From: Mobula hypostoma
Lineage: Eukaryota
Direction of reading: 5' to 3'
DNA: 64,000 bases
Assembly (NCBI RefSeq): GCF_963921235.1
Contig: NC_086101.1
Span: 7,504,001-7,568,000, forward strand
Positions 63,452 to 64,000 of the stretch are shown here, piece after piece. The notes beneath the pieces were generated by a model. That model worked only from the letters and a program-made list of their open reading frames with translations, was not told the origin of the DNA and did not search any database. A program made the translations under genes and the position numbers. The first letter of the stretch is position 1, and every line of letters starts with the position of its first letter.

Positions 63452-63993
63452 AAACACAAGATACTCTGCAGTTGCTGAAAATCTTGAGCTACAAATAGAA
63501 AATGCTGGAGGAACTCAACAGATCGGGTGGCAGCAATGGAGGGGAATAACCAGTTGACGCTTTGCACAGAGTCTCTTCATCAAGACTGGAAAGGGGAGAG
63601 GCACAAGCTGGCAGGAGATCGGTGAGACCAGGAGAGGGGAAGATCGGTGAATGAGGGAGGGGGTTGAATTAAGAAACTGGGGGGGGGTGACGGAAGAGGT
63701 AAACAGCTGAAAAAGAAAGAATCTGATAAGTGAGGAGAGTGGACAATGGGAGAACGGGAAGGTGGAGGGGCACCAGAGGGAGGCGATTGGCAGGTCAGAA
63801 GAGAAGTGGTGAGAGGGGAACCGGAATGAAAAAAATGGAAAAAGAGAGATGGAGGGAGAGAGAGAAATTAGTAGAATTTAGAGAAATCAATATCCATGCT
63901 ATCAGGTTGTAAGCTGCCCAGACGAAATAGGCTTCTCCAACCTGAGTGTGGTCAAAGGACTGAATGTGGCTTGGATTGGGGGAATGGGCAAAG
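63452..63993 (-). mobile_element. Penelope-like 3' end
   Basis: Reverse strand FRLGSLQPDSMDIDFS; degenerate hammerhead at 63551-63588. Confidence 0.7.
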
Positions 63994-64000
63994 AAGGGGC

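Overview
Repeat-rich vertebrate genomic DNA. The repeat repertoire (abundant CR1, Rex1/L2-type, Penelope, V-SINE-like and Tc1 elements) points to a cartilaginous fish, probably a ray (inference). The only well-supported host gene is a minus-strand cytochrome P450 family 2 gene (CYP2K/2W-like). Exons 1-8 were reconstructed by hand (34642 down to 2304): all introns are GT-AG, exon sizes are typical of CYP2, and the frame is open for 440 codons. The heme-Cys exon 9 was not found and is presumed to lie left of the window. Nearly all other ORFs in the track are retroelement fragments or spurious. Top observation: the 3' UTR of a HERO-type (restriction-like endonuclease) non-LTR retrotransposon, 43493-43568 minus strand, contains all hammerhead ribozyme core elements, but their three strands are in a NON-circularly permuted (pseudoknotted) order. 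Also notable: two families of degenerate minimal hammerheads in Penelope-like repeats, Penelope-derived fold-back insertions with TSDs, an E-to-G change in the P450 I-helix acid-alcohol pair, a duplicated exon-1 splice donor, a young CR1 with a 671-bp internal tandem duplication, and a pair of RFX X-boxes. Repeat family names come from motif recognition only, and repeat boundaries are approximate.
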